Source of the DNA: Candidatus Jordarchaeum madagascarense
Lineage (GTDB): Archaea > Asgardarchaeota > Jordiarchaeia > Jordiarchaeales > Jordiarchaeaceae
Direction of reading: 5' to 3'
Length of the DNA stretch: 34,298 nt
NCBI GenBank assembly: GCA_019056875.1
Contig: DXJA01000471.1
Span: forward strand, 1-34,298
A model generated the notes under the pieces. It had not been told where the DNA came from. It saw only the letters and a list, made by a program, of their open reading frames with translations, and ran no database searches. Shown here piece by piece: positions 1 to 9,059 of the stretch. Every line of letters begins with the position of its first letter. Positions within the stretch are counted from its first letter, which is position 1. The translations under genes were made by a program, and so were the position numbers.

Positions 1-31
1 ATTAGAATTCATTCTTTTCAGGATTTGAATA

Positions 32-994
32 TCAAGTTTTTTTGTAAATAAGGTGATTTTGTCGAGTAATCTTTTTCTCTTTTTCCAGTTTTATCAAATG
101 ACTTTCCAGTATTTGGACTCCGGGGAAATATTGCTGATTAGGGCTTGGAAATAGTTTTTCAACCATTTCTCTGAATTGCTTTGGACCGTTTTCCACTTCT
201 TTTAGGATGTATTTTTCTCTTTCTAGGATTTTTCCTCTAATTCTTTTTATTGCTTTTTTCTTGTCGGTGATTATGTCTCCGTGTGAGGGGTATATTTTTT
301 CTATTTCGAATTTTTCAATTTTCTCTAGGCTGGAGAGGTATCCTAAGGCTCCTCCCGAACTGGGAGAATACCAGGCAACTATTTCGCCAATCATGTCTCC
401 TGAGTAGCATATTTTTTCTTCTCTATCGACGAGAGAGATGTGCCCCGGTGAGTGTCCGGGAGTGTGTATAACCTCAAACAGGTAGTCTCCTAGCTGGAGT
501 TTGTCTCCTTCTTTTATGGTTTTATCTGGATCGGCCTTCGCCATAGGGCATCGGGATACTGTTTCGAAGAGAGTTAAAAGATTAAGTCCGGAGTCTTTAA
601 AGCCCAGTTCTGGAAAATATTCGTTGCCCATAAGAACATCAAAAGAATCAGTTAGCAGTTCGGGGTTGCGCGCTGAGGGAGCGTCTATTTCGGATATGAT
701 TACTGTGGGTTGACTTATTTTTAGAAAGGTGGTGATGCCGCCCATATGGTCAGGATGCGCGTGGGACAAAACTACTGTGTGTACCTTTTCTGGCGGGAGT
801 CCCTGCGATCTCATTTTGCTGACCAAACTCTTGGAAAACTCTTCACCTCCGCAACCCGCCTCGATCATAATTAATCCATCATTGTCCCGGATAATAAGAA
901 CGTTAGATGAAGCAGGCCAAAGAGGCTTATCACCCTTTACCATCACCAAGTTTTTCATAGAATTCTGACACCACCAACATCCGACAAAAATCAT
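32..994 (-). CDS. MBL-fold metallo-hydrolase
   Basis: The translation contains the metallo-beta-lactamase ligand signature LSHAHPDHMGG (HxHxDH), followed by HTPGHSPGH and PSHGD. The longest ORF starts at 994, but the in-frame ATG at 958 (MKNLVMVKGD...) is an equally plausible start. Confidence 0.85.
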   Translation of the reverse strand: MIFVGCWWCQNSMKNLVMVKGDKPLWPASSNVLIIRDNDGLIMIEAGCGGEEFSKSLVSKMRSQGLPPEKVHTVVLSHAHPDHMGGITTFLKISQPTVIISEIDAPSARNPELLTDSFDVLMGNEYFPELGFKDSGLNLLTLFETVSRCPMAKADPDKTIKEGDKLQLGDYLFEVIHTPGHSPGHISLVDREEKICYSGDMIGEIVAWYSPSSGGALGYLSSLEKIEKFEIEKIYPSHGDIITDKKKAIKRIRGKILEREKYILKEVENGPKQFREMVEKLFPSPNQQYFPGVQILESHLIKLEKEKKITRQNHLIYKKT

Positions 995-1208
995 TGAACA
1001 ATAAATTTATTTCGTTTTTAAAAAGTTTCTTTCAAGTTTTGAAACCGCCAAAAAACTTCACTAAAAAAATAGTTACAGAAGGGGAGTATCGGAAATACGC
1101 TCCATACTTGAGATAGAGGCCTAGTAGTCCTAGGACAGGTTGGGTGTTTAAAACATACTTGTTATAAAAATATGATTATTCTATTCAATGTTTGGTATCT
1201 ATTTGCAG

Positions 1209-1922
1209 CTAGCTGAGTTTCTTCACGGCCCCCTTGAGCGCTTCTGAATCAATAAGGCTGAGGGGGTTTAGGTGATAGTCCTTCTTTACCAAAGAGAGAA
1301 TTATTTGAGCGTCCTCAGCTTCCCGGCAACCCACAAGATCAAAAAGAATAACGGGATCGGTAATACCGCTGTTCAAAAGCTCCCAGTAAAATTCAGCCTG
1401 CAACGCTAAAAGCCGGAGTTTACCACTCAGAACAGTGTCCACAGATCCATTGTAACGATAAGCCTCCGATATAAGGTTCCCCATCAACCAGCACCTCATC
1501 CTCACCACATCCACGTTAAGCCACTCTCGATTATTCAAATCATAAACAGCAACATTATGCTTATTTAGAACTTGTTCATCGGGCAGAGATACGCAGGAAG
1601 CTACCCACCCCTTATCAAGAGTATCTATAAGTTTCATAAGAAAATCTGATGAAATACCCGGGGCCAAGTACAATATCCTCTCAGACCTACTGTTTTTTTC
1701 TCCCTCAAATAGTGTTTGGAGTTCTTCTATTGAGCTCTCCGGTTCTTCTGAAATCTCTACACCGTGTTCCCATAACTGTCGGTGGGGAGCAAAAAGAGTC
1801 ACCTCTCTTAGAACCTTATGGTGTATAAAGCCCAATAAGAGCACCGGCCGCCTCAGAGTAAAAACCAGTTGACCTAATACTGCCAGATTTTTATCACTGA
1901 AATAGTTAGAAAGCTCTTTCAA
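1209..1922 (-). CDS. hypothetical protein, third gene of the MglA/MglB-like operon
   Basis: 237-aa ORF. Its TTG start lies 4 nt after the GTPase stop, with an AGGTGA SD-like element overlapping that stop. There is no internal ATG until about residue 95. I recognise no motif in it. Confidence 0.6.
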   Translation of the reverse strand: MKELSNYFSDKNLAVLGQLVFTLRRPVLLLGFIHHKVLREVTLFAPHRQLWEHGVEISEEPESSIEELQTLFEGEKNSRSERILYLAPGISSDFLMKLIDTLDKGWVASCVSLPDEQVLNKHNVAVYDLNNREWLNVDVVRMRCWLMGNLISEAYRYNGSVDTVLSGKLRLLALQAEFYWELLNSGITDPVILFDLVGCREAEDAQIILSLVKKDYHLNPLSLIDSEALKGAVKKLS

Positions 1923-1926
1923 ATAA

Positions 1927-2505
1927 TCACCTGTTTCTCTTCTCGATTGCTAAACGTATCATGTATCGAAACACTTCGTATACTCCTCTGCAGTTTATTG
2001 CTGATGCGGGATAGACGGGTATGTCCTTTGGTAGCCTTAATTCCTTCTTGAGGTTCTCGGTTTGTATCGCTTGTGGTAAGTCTTGTTTATTCGCCTCAAC
2101 TATTATTGGAATTCTGTTTTCTGTAAAGGCTATCAGCTCCTCAAGGCTTCTCCTATTGTCCTCTAATCGGTGTTCCTGTGAATCAGCAACAAAAAGAATG
2201 CAATCTGCGTTTCTCGCTACTTGCTCCCTTGTTGCTAGGAATCTCTTTTGACCAGTTGTTGTGTGGATGTGGAAGACGAAAATGTACGGGGAAAACTCCA
2301 GTTGGAGCGCTAGATAGTCTTCCCATATTGTGCGTCCCTCGCTGGTTGAAACCTCATAAGGTTCACCAATCACATTATTGGGAAAGAGCTTCGCCAGAGC
2401 TCTGATGTTCGTTGTTTTTCCCGAAGATGCAGGTCCCCAAAACACTATCTTCGTTTGCAGCAGATTTTGGTTTACCATATTCTGCTTAACTTTCTCCGCT
2501 TCCAA
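1927..2505 (-). CDS. mglA: MglA-family small Ras-like GTPase
   Basis: P-loop KIVFWGPASSGKTTN. Switch II is HIHTTTGQ, with Thr replacing the Ras Asp (the MglA-type TxxGQ). FVADSQ, NKQD and PASA motifs are present. The blocks resemble Myxococcus MglA one by one (KIVYYGPGLCGKTTN, TVPGQ, FVADSQ, NKRD). The start is either TTG at 2505 (TAAGGAG 12 nt upstream) or ATG at 2478. Confidence 0.9.
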   Translation of the reverse strand: MEAEKVKQNMVNQNLLQTKIVFWGPASSGKTTNIRALAKLFPNNVIGEPYEVSTSEGRTIWEDYLALQLEFSPYIFVFHIHTTTGQKRFLATREQVARNADCILFVADSQEHRLEDNRRSLEELIAFTENRIPIIVEANKQDLPQAIQTENLKKELRLPKDIPVYPASAINCRGVYEVFRYMIRLAIEKRNR

Positions 2506-2521
2506 TTTTGTCTAACGCTCC

Positions 2522-3097
2522 TTACTTTGTCTCTCTTATGATTGCGGCGTCAAGCCGGTGCAGAATGTTCTCGATTTGTTCCTCACTTATCTCAATTGTT
2601 TTTTTTACCGACTCGCTATTCTTAATATCCTCTTCGATACGCTTTACGTATTGTTTCATTTTCGCCCGGATAAAGCCGATATTCGCTTTTTCGTTGGCAA
2701 AAATTAGAAGCAATAGAGATTTTTGCTCATCAAGATCACTGATTTTGCAGACGTATAATTGTTTTGAACGGTACATGATCATCGCGTTTTGGAACTCGTC
2801 TGCACCCAGATGGTTTTCTCCCTGTTTCGCTATGCCCGCTAACGCTGCACCTAGAGCCCCCGCATTCCAAGCATTCTTTACGCGGAAACTTCTCGATTTT
2901 GCTAGAGCTTTACCGTCACTGTCCACTAAGAGCAGCCCTTCTATGTCGCCTCTTCCAAGCATTCTCTTGTATGATTCTAATAGACTGTCAAGAGTGTCTG
3001 AAATCCTATTGGTGAGATAAAAGTGTCTTACGGTAGTAGTATCATTGTCCGGCTCGTTTTGCAAAACTTCTCCATTTGAGTGTAACTCCGAATTCAT
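2522..3097 (-). CDS. mglB: Roadblock/LC7 (MglB-like) domain protein
   Basis: It lies immediately upstream of the MglA-like gene. The Roadblock-type pattern is LLESYKRMLGRGDIEGLLLVDSDGKALAKS ... GALGAALAGIAKQ ... MIMYRSKQLYVCKI ... LLLLIFANEKANIGFIRAKM. I prefer the ATG at 3097 (GGAG 9 nt upstream) to the TTG at 3106. Confidence 0.8.
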   Translation of the reverse strand: MNSELHSNGEVLQNEPDNDTTTVRHFYLTNRISDTLDSLLESYKRMLGRGDIEGLLLVDSDGKALAKSRSFRVKNAWNAGALGAALAGIAKQGENHLGADEFQNAMIMYRSKQLYVCKISDLDEQKSLLLLIFANEKANIGFIRAKMKQYVKRIEEDIKNSESVKKTIEISEEQIENILHRLDAAIIRETK

Positions 3098-3303
3098 TTC
3101 TTTCAACTCCTATTTACTTTCTTCAGTTATTCTTATACAATATTATTTAAACACGTGAATAGGATAATTCCCAATTCCAAAGGGGGAACTAAGTTAACCC
3201 CGTTCTTCCCTTCAACTCTCATACTTGAGATAGCCACTTAAACACCACCCGTCTCATTGACCAATAATTTGCAAGAATCATCACGTATCCATTCACCCTC
3301 ATC

Positions 3304-4272
3304 TCATAGAGTTGTTTGTACCAACTGTGAATCTTTATAAGCCCTTACCAGTCTTCTTATTCCCCTATCTATTCTTTCGGGCTTCATTCTGAAATCTTCT
3401 AATAATTTTCTTAGAGAACCAGTATTAGGAGCATTGAATAATGCCTGGGGATCAACAACATCGGGATTGAGAAAAATCTCTCGAACACCATCAAATTCAG
3501 ACGGATTCAATCCCAACTCAGAAAGTACGCCCACAATGTTACCCTGTTTTTTAACCAGCTTTAAAGCCTTTTTTGCACCTACTCCCTTCACTCCAGAGTT
3601 AAAATCAGTTCCCACAAGAACCGCCAAATCCACAAGTTGCTCATAAGTAATCCCATTCAGTTTCAGAACATCCTCTAAGTTGGTACACTGAATATTGTCC
3701 TCGTTAAACTTCAGACTCCTTAGGATAGATTTGGCCCCAAAAAGCAGAGCATCATAATCCTGAGTGAGAACATGGTCAGCCTTGTTTATCCGAGTCATAT
3801 AAGCTGCCTGTGCCTCAGCTTCTCCAGGCGATTTTATCCAAGGTATCCCCATATATGTTAAAAGCCTCTGGGCTTCGTTTATGATGGTGTCGTAGAGTAT
3901 TTCATGGGATAAGGATATTGTTCTCGCAATATGGTAGTCCTTATTCTCTCTCGCTTTTCGGAGATGATCATATTCCTTCACTAAAGATTCGACCAGATGC
4001 TCCCTTCTCTTCTTGAGTCTGGGATGCGACCCGTCAAACACGTATATTGGCTTGATGCCGCGTTCCAAAAAGTTAATGGTCCTGTAGAGTACGCCATAGA
4101 TGTGGGAGACCACCCTTCCTTCATGGTTGATGAGGGGGAGACTCTGTCTTTTAATCTTTGATAAAAACTGTAACAGCATATTTGAAGCGTCCACTGCAAT
4201 CTTGGTGTTTTCTAACTCTTTTAGGGGAATGGTTTGGAAATTAACAATAGACCCTAACTTTACACCCATCAC
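3304..4272 (-). CDS. fen1: flap endonuclease 1 (FEN1/XPG family)
   Basis: Archaeal FEN1 blocks are present: MGVKLGSIV, KIAVDASNMLLQFLS, SHIYGVLYRTINFLERGIKPIYVFDG, SPGEAEAQAAYM, QDYDALLFGA and VGTDFN. Confidence 0.92.
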   Translation of the reverse strand: MMGVKLGSIVNFQTIPLKELENTKIAVDASNMLLQFLSKIKRQSLPLINHEGRVVSHIYGVLYRTINFLERGIKPIYVFDGSHPRLKKRREHLVESLVKEYDHLRKARENKDYHIARTISLSHEILYDTIINEAQRLLTYMGIPWIKSPGEAEAQAAYMTRINKADHVLTQDYDALLFGAKSILRSLKFNEDNIQCTNLEDVLKLNGITYEQLVDLAVLVGTDFNSGVKGVGAKKALKLVKKQGNIVGVLSELGLNPSEFDGVREIFLNPDVVDPQALFNAPNTGSLRKLLEDFRMKPERIDRGIRRLVRAYKDSQLVQTTL

Positions 4273-4342
4273 ACAACCTCCGAAAGAAATTTCAGGGAAG
4301 CGAATTCTTTAGCTAAAGTCCTGTTTTTAGCAGTATAGGTTT

Positions 4343-5689
4343 TCAACTAGGAACTTCCTCCTCACGGGGTAGCTGGTCCTGATCTTTTTTCATCGAGCAG
4401 TTAATAGGTAGAAGTTCGGATAATTCTGATGAATTGTACTTTTCCGAGTATTTTCTTCTCCTTATCAACTCGTATAAGCATTCACGGCTTTTCTCGGTGT
4501 TCACCTGTTTTATTATCTTCGTTACGTTTTTTCCTGTTCCAATGATGAAAATTGAAGCATCCCAAAGTCCGCTTGTCTGAGCGTCTATCATTCTCTGGCA
4601 CTTTAGTCTCGACTCTGTTAAGGACCTCTCTATTCCCGGTTGCAGAATTGGACTTCCCTCCCGGGTTAAGGATAACATGGTTATCAGTGCAGCTGGATCG
4701 TTTTTCTTGAATTTATTGGATGCTAAGCTCTCGATTTTATGCTTAAGCTCTTTTTCAGCTTTTTTAAATTCGTTTTCAACTTTCAGAATTGGCTGTAATA
4801 GTAGCACGTACCCTACACTCGTTTCTCCATTATCTTCACCATTCCGCACCCTTTCTGATACCAATTTTGCCTCTGAGTTAAGACCCAATTCATTAATATC
4901 AAGACTGTCCGGATAATTTTTATCTAGTTTCTGTATATTGTTGCCATCCGGTGCCAACAGTGGAGAATAGATGCAGCGCTCAATCTCCAGCTCATCGCTT
5001 ATCAATCGCGTATCATAACCGTCTTGCTCAAGAATTTCTCTGAGAGTGCTCATCTTCTCTTTCGTTTGCCTAACAGCCTCGCCGAAATCTCTGGAAACCT
5101 CCCAAACCGAAACCAATGTACAAAGATCATTACCCTGTCTATAAGCTTCAAAGCTTAGATTAACCCGCGCTTTCCAAGCAGATAACAACAAGGAAGCCCC
5201 AGTTCCATCACCCCTAACCTCGGCAAATTGCAAAACCTGAAAACCTCTCAAGCCAGACCTGAAGACTATGCAATCATCCAGAATTGTGTCCGGCACTACA
5301 GAATCGGGGAATTCAAACCAGAGCTTCGAAATCAAAGGCATAGTTCCGTGTCCTCTTCTTACTAAAATAAAAACTGTGACCACAGAAGCTTCAATGATTA
5401 TGCTGAACACCGGGTGAATCCCATAATACGATCCCATTCCTATTAAGGCGTAGCCTATATTGCAGATTCCTAAACCCACTACCACTTGACTTGATCTACT
5501 GAATCGTCGGTTAAAGATAAACCTGGCCAAAGGATAAAGCACCAGATATACCGCTAAAATGTAGAGAAGACCGATGGGGTTACCGTTGAAACAAGCGTTC
5601 ACTCCGCTCTGTATTAGTCTGAATGCGAAGGAAATTCCTAAGGCTACCGCGAATATTATAGCTCCATAGTATGCAAGTTTAAGTATCAT
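4343..5689 (-). CDS. polytopic membrane protein with a large cytoplasmic domain (unknown function)
   Basis: The N-terminal ~115 aa form about four hydrophobic helices, followed by ~330 aa of soluble sequence. The ATG at 5689 has GGAGG 9 nt upstream and overlaps the stop of the RadB-like gene (5679-5681). The longest ORF starts at TTG 5698. Confidence 0.6.
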   Translation of the reverse strand: MILKLAYYGAIIFAVALGISFAFRLIQSGVNACFNGNPIGLLYILAVYLVLYPLARFIFNRRFSRSSQVVVGLGICNIGYALIGMGSYYGIHPVFSIIIEASVVTVFILVRRGHGTMPLISKLWFEFPDSVVPDTILDDCIVFRSGLRGFQVLQFAEVRGDGTGASLLLSAWKARVNLSFEAYRQGNDLCTLVSVWEVSRDFGEAVRQTKEKMSTLREILEQDGYDTRLISDELEIERCIYSPLLAPDGNNIQKLDKNYPDSLDINELGLNSEAKLVSERVRNGEDNGETSVGYVLLLQPILKVENEFKKAEKELKHKIESLASNKFKKNDPAALITMLSLTREGSPILQPGIERSLTESRLKCQRMIDAQTSGLWDASIFIIGTGKNVTKIIKQVNTEKSRECLYELIRRRKYSEKYNSSELSELLPINCSMKKDQDQLPREEEVPS

Positions 5690-6443
5690 TTTCTTCAACC
5701 TCCAAATTTGTTTTCAGAATTTCAGAATCAACATAACTTATTCCCCCATTTGTGATCTGGTAGAAAATTCTGCCCTTCATATCCTGATAATGGCCTATAA
5801 TTTCAGCTTTCCCGACCGATTTTAAATGGGTAGTTGAAAGACGCAGAGTTACATGGGAGAATTTGTTTAACCCCCATCCGGTTGAGGGAATGATTTGGTT
5901 TTGGTCCTCGTCATCTACCTTGGAAACTGCCTGGTTCAGGATAAGTACTGCTATGTCTCTCCTTCTCCGGCATAATCCCAGTATTTCAGGCAGTTGCTTC
6001 TCCACGACGTCTCGGTATCGGGAAAATTGAGTTTCGAGTGAAAGATCCTTCCGGTATTGGGAAGCAATCGTGTCCACAACTATGAGTCTAGTTCTGTTGG
6101 AGACATAAGCATCCAAAACGCTGATTATCTCTGTTTGCTCATCCAAACTCCGGGGAACAATCAGGGTTAATCTCTCAACCGAATTATCGTCTGGGAAAAT
6201 TTGAGAGAACCGTTTAAAAGAGAACCTGTTGTCGCAGTCGATGTAGAGAGTTTGAAAGCCTTCCTTTGATAGATGGCCCGCTGCCTGCATAGCAAGCGTG
6301 GTCTTACCCGTAGCCGCCTCTCCATACACATGGCTTATTATTCCTGCGGGTATGCCCCCACCAATTAAATCGTCTATTGGACTGTGTGTTCTAATCATCA
6401 TCAGTCCATTACTTCTAAAGGTAAGTGAACTCAACACCACCAC
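5679..6443 (-). CDS. radB: RadB-like RecA-superfamily ATPase
   Basis: PIDDLIGGGIPAGIISHVYGEAATGKTTLAMQAA (Walker A), LYIDCDNRFSF and RLIVVDTIAS (Walker B) match the short archaeal RadB/KaiC-like architecture, which lacks an HhH domain. Alternative start at ATG 6401. Confidence 0.7.
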   Translation of the reverse strand: MVVLSSLTFRSNGLMMIRTHSPIDDLIGGGIPAGIISHVYGEAATGKTTLAMQAAGHLSKEGFQTLYIDCDNRFSFKRFSQIFPDDNSVERLTLIVPRSLDEQTEIISVLDAYVSNRTRLIVVDTIASQYRKDLSLETQFSRYRDVVEKQLPEILGLCRRRRDIAVLILNQAVSKVDDEDQNQIIPSTGWGLNKFSHVTLRLSTTHLKSVGKAEIIGHYQDMKGRIFYQITNGGISYVDSEILKTNLEVEENDT

Positions 6444-6822
6444 GCCTCCTAACTAGCATTCCCTCCCGCTCCATGTAATCCAGCCTCTTAAGCACCCAAT
6501 CTTGGCCTAACCCCACTTTTTCCGCCTTTTTCAAAATATCTGAAACCGAAACTCCTTTACTTTCACGAAAGCTCTGGATAACGCTTTCGAATTTTTCGGT
6601 TTTAGTATACATGCCCATAGGGTTATAATTCTCTCCAGTCTTCTCAGCCTGCTTCCTCTGAACAATTTTAGCTGCCGTTTTCCAAGAACCGACAATATTC
6701 TTTGGTAAGCCATTTGAATTCAACTTCTCGCCACACCTAGGGCAGGACGGCTCCTTGCTTAGGGCAGCCGCAAAGTATTGCCCACATGATGGGCATTCCG
6801 CAACTATGAATTTTCTTCCCAT
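6415..6822 (-). CDS. zinc-ribbon plus winged-helix protein
   Basis: The N-terminus has two CxxC pairs (CPSCGQYF...CPRCGEKL). The C-terminus, VSVSDILKKAEKVGLGQDWVLKRLDYMEREGMLVRRRGG, looks like a wHTH. The ORF sits between the helicase and the RadB-like gene, with short gaps or overlaps. Confidence 0.6.
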   Translation of the reverse strand: MGRKFIVAECPSCGQYFAAALSKEPSCPRCGEKLNSNGLPKNIVGSWKTAAKIVQRKQAEKTGENYNPMGMYTKTEKFESVIQSFRESKGVSVSDILKKAEKVGLGQDWVLKRLDYMEREGMLVRRRGGVEFTYL

Positions 6823-6851
6823 TTTTCATCAACCCATTTTTTTAAATTTCC

Positions 6852-9050
6852 TCAACTCCAGAGTTCGAGACCCTTTTCCGCTTTACGGTTCATGAGGCGT
6901 TCCTCCAAACTTTTTCCTATACGCTTCGTGGATTCCGCTCCTTCCATGTCCGCTATTTCCGTTACGCAGTGAATCATCCAGTTTAAGGTACTGATAACAG
7001 ATTCTAGATCTCCCTGAGAAACGGCGTGAAGAGAGCTAATCTCAGTGATGCTTTTACCTCTTATGTAATCCAGAACCGCCACCGACATTACTTGCGGCTG
7101 AGGCCTACCGTACTCCAACTCCACGGCACTCAAAACCAGATCCATAAACCGAAACTCATCATCTATATCGCCGTGAACCATGCTTCGAATGGCAATCCCA
7201 GTTGTGGGTTTTAGATAGAGCCTCGTAATCAGTTTTCCGAATATTGTGGGAGTTAAAGTGTTCCTCGTAGTTTCAGTAACTAATCCCTCGCTAACCAGCT
7301 TTTTCAGCACATTCTGAGCATTTAGGCAACATAAAACTAGGCCATTGTAAGAAGTATAATTCTGATCTACAACCTTAGCGAGTTTAATTAGATGCCTACA
7401 TAATCCGCCCCTCTCGCTTTTATGATAAGAACAGGTGCATTGGAACCCTCGCTCCTCTTGGAAGCTGCAGATATTTACCACAGGCTCCATGAATGTAGCC
7501 TCAACCTTTTGGGGCAGTAATTGTACCCTTAAACTCTCTCCACTGATTTTCTCAGCGGCTTCCAGTTCACATATTCCGGCATGGTTAGTTATAGCATCGG
7601 ATATGTTTATCGTGCCTATCTGGACTAGGCCCCCTAGGCTGGTGTGGGGATTCTTAGATTTCTCCTTCTTCCACCAAAAAGTTTTTTCAAAAAAGTTCAA
7701 TATATCCTCAAATGTGGCCTCTCCGCTCTCAAATATTCTGAGAAGGGTTTGCTCCTCAAGGTTTGGTGAAAAACCGATTGAACTCCGCACAGTGTCATAT
7801 CGGGGAACCAGTTCTCCACCTTTAACCTCAAAATATCTCTTTCGAATCATAAAGCGATCAGAATCGGAATTGCATAGCACCACCGCATAGCCCACACTGT
7901 CAAACTCTGGTCTGCCCGCTCTCCCCAATATCTGATGGAACTGGTTGGCGTTCATCCCATCAATATCGAACTCATCACTAGCCATCTCTATACGGTTGAA
8001 AACATAAAAATCCCGTAGAATAACTAGTCTGGCGGGTGTATCAATACCGGCCGAGAGGGTGGTGGTGCAACACACAACCTTTAGAAAACCTCTTCGGAAG
8101 GCGTCCTCCACAAGCTCTCTAGAATCATGATTTAAACCCGCGTGGTGAAAACCTACACCCTGCCTTATCAATTCGATCAAACGCTTGGGATATTTTCTAC
8201 TCTCAACAAATCTGTCTGAGAGCGTCTCCCTCTCCTCATAGGTAAGGTGGGGCGCAACCGACTTGACCAATTTATTTGCCAGACTCTCGGTGTCCCTCCT
8301 GCGTGAAACAAAAATTAGGGCTTGACCATTATTTTGAACAGTTTCCGAAACCAGTTTCCTTATGGCTCCAAGTTTATCTGACTCTACCAGAACGAAGTTT
8401 TTTAAAGGCACCGGTCTGGTGTCAGACTCTATTAGCCTACAATTCAACCAATCCGCGATCTCCTCAGCGTTAGCGATGGTTGCGCTTAATCCAACGAGTT
8501 GTACCCGTAGTCTTTCCCTTATTCTGATAAGAACACTCTCCAGTCTTCCTCCCCTCTCGCCATCACCCATAACGTGTATCTCATCCGCTACAATAACCCG
8601 AATATCATGTAGCCAGTCGGGGTTCAAACGAAGAATCGAGTCAAACCTCTCAATGGTGGTGACCAGTATATCCGCATCCTCCAAAATATTGGGCGTGTAG
8701 TGGAAATCTCCGGTGGATATCCGTATTCTCAGATTCAGGTCACGGTACTTTCTCACGAGCATACCAAACTTCTCCCGGGCGAGAGCCTTCAGGGGAACCA
8801 TATAAACCGCTTTCCCCCCTTCCAGAACGCATTTCAAAATGGCAAGCTCACCCACCAAGGTTTTACCACTAGCAGAGGGGGAACAAACCAGCTGGTTAAC
8901 TCCATCGAGTAATCCGCCCTGAATGGCGAGTATCTGAACCGCCCGCAGATAGTTTATTCCCTGTCGTTCAAGAATCTCTCTGATTCTCCGGGGAACGTTC
9001 TCCTCCAGATTCAGGAAGGCTTCCAGACCCTTTTGACCGTCCACCGTCAT
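6852..9050 (-). CDS. Ski2/Hel308-family superfamily-2 helicase with an inserted SWIM-like zinc finger
   Basis: Helicase motifs are present: SPSASGKT (I), DEIH (II), SAT (III), GVGFHHAGL, TTTLSAGIDTPA and QILGRAGRP (VI). There is an extra CTCSYHKSERGGLCRH (CxC-x10-CxH) segment at residues 538-553. Confidence 0.88.
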   Translation of the reverse strand: MTVDGQKGLEAFLNLEENVPRRIREILERQGINYLRAVQILAIQGGLLDGVNQLVCSPSASGKTLVGELAILKCVLEGGKAVYMVPLKALAREKFGMLVRKYRDLNLRIRISTGDFHYTPNILEDADILVTTIERFDSILRLNPDWLHDIRVIVADEIHVMGDGERGGRLESVLIRIRERLRVQLVGLSATIANAEEIADWLNCRLIESDTRPVPLKNFVLVESDKLGAIRKLVSETVQNNGQALIFVSRRRDTESLANKLVKSVAPHLTYEERETLSDRFVESRKYPKRLIELIRQGVGFHHAGLNHDSRELVEDAFRRGFLKVVCCTTTLSAGIDTPARLVILRDFYVFNRIEMASDEFDIDGMNANQFHQILGRAGRPEFDSVGYAVVLCNSDSDRFMIRKRYFEVKGGELVPRYDTVRSSIGFSPNLEEQTLLRIFESGEATFEDILNFFEKTFWWKKEKSKNPHTSLGGLVQIGTINISDAITNHAGICELEAAEKISGESLRVQLLPQKVEATFMEPVVNICSFQEERGFQCTCSYHKSERGGLCRHLIKLAKVVDQNYTSYNGLVLCCLNAQNVLKKLVSEGLVTETTRNTLTPTIFGKLITRLYLKPTTGIAIRSMVHGDIDDEFRFMDLVLSAVELEYGRPQPQVMSVAVLDYIRGKSITEISSLHAVSQGDLESVISTLNWMIHCVTEIADMEGAESTKRIGKSLEERLMNRKAEKGLELWS

Positions 9051-9059
9051 TATACACTC

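Noticed and set aside
2508-3020. 170-aa plus-strand ORF antisense to the Roadblock/MglB gene, and the 2021-2405 ORFs antisense to the GTPase.
   Set aside because: They are hydrophobic and low-complexity with no start context, and they lie wholly inside confidently assigned minus-strand genes.
7435-8912. Plus-strand ORFs (7435-7890, 8276-8473, 8362-8700, 8700-8912) inside the helicase gene.
   Set aside because: They are antisense to a gene with all SF2 motifs intact, their translations have no recognisable features, and they have no SD.
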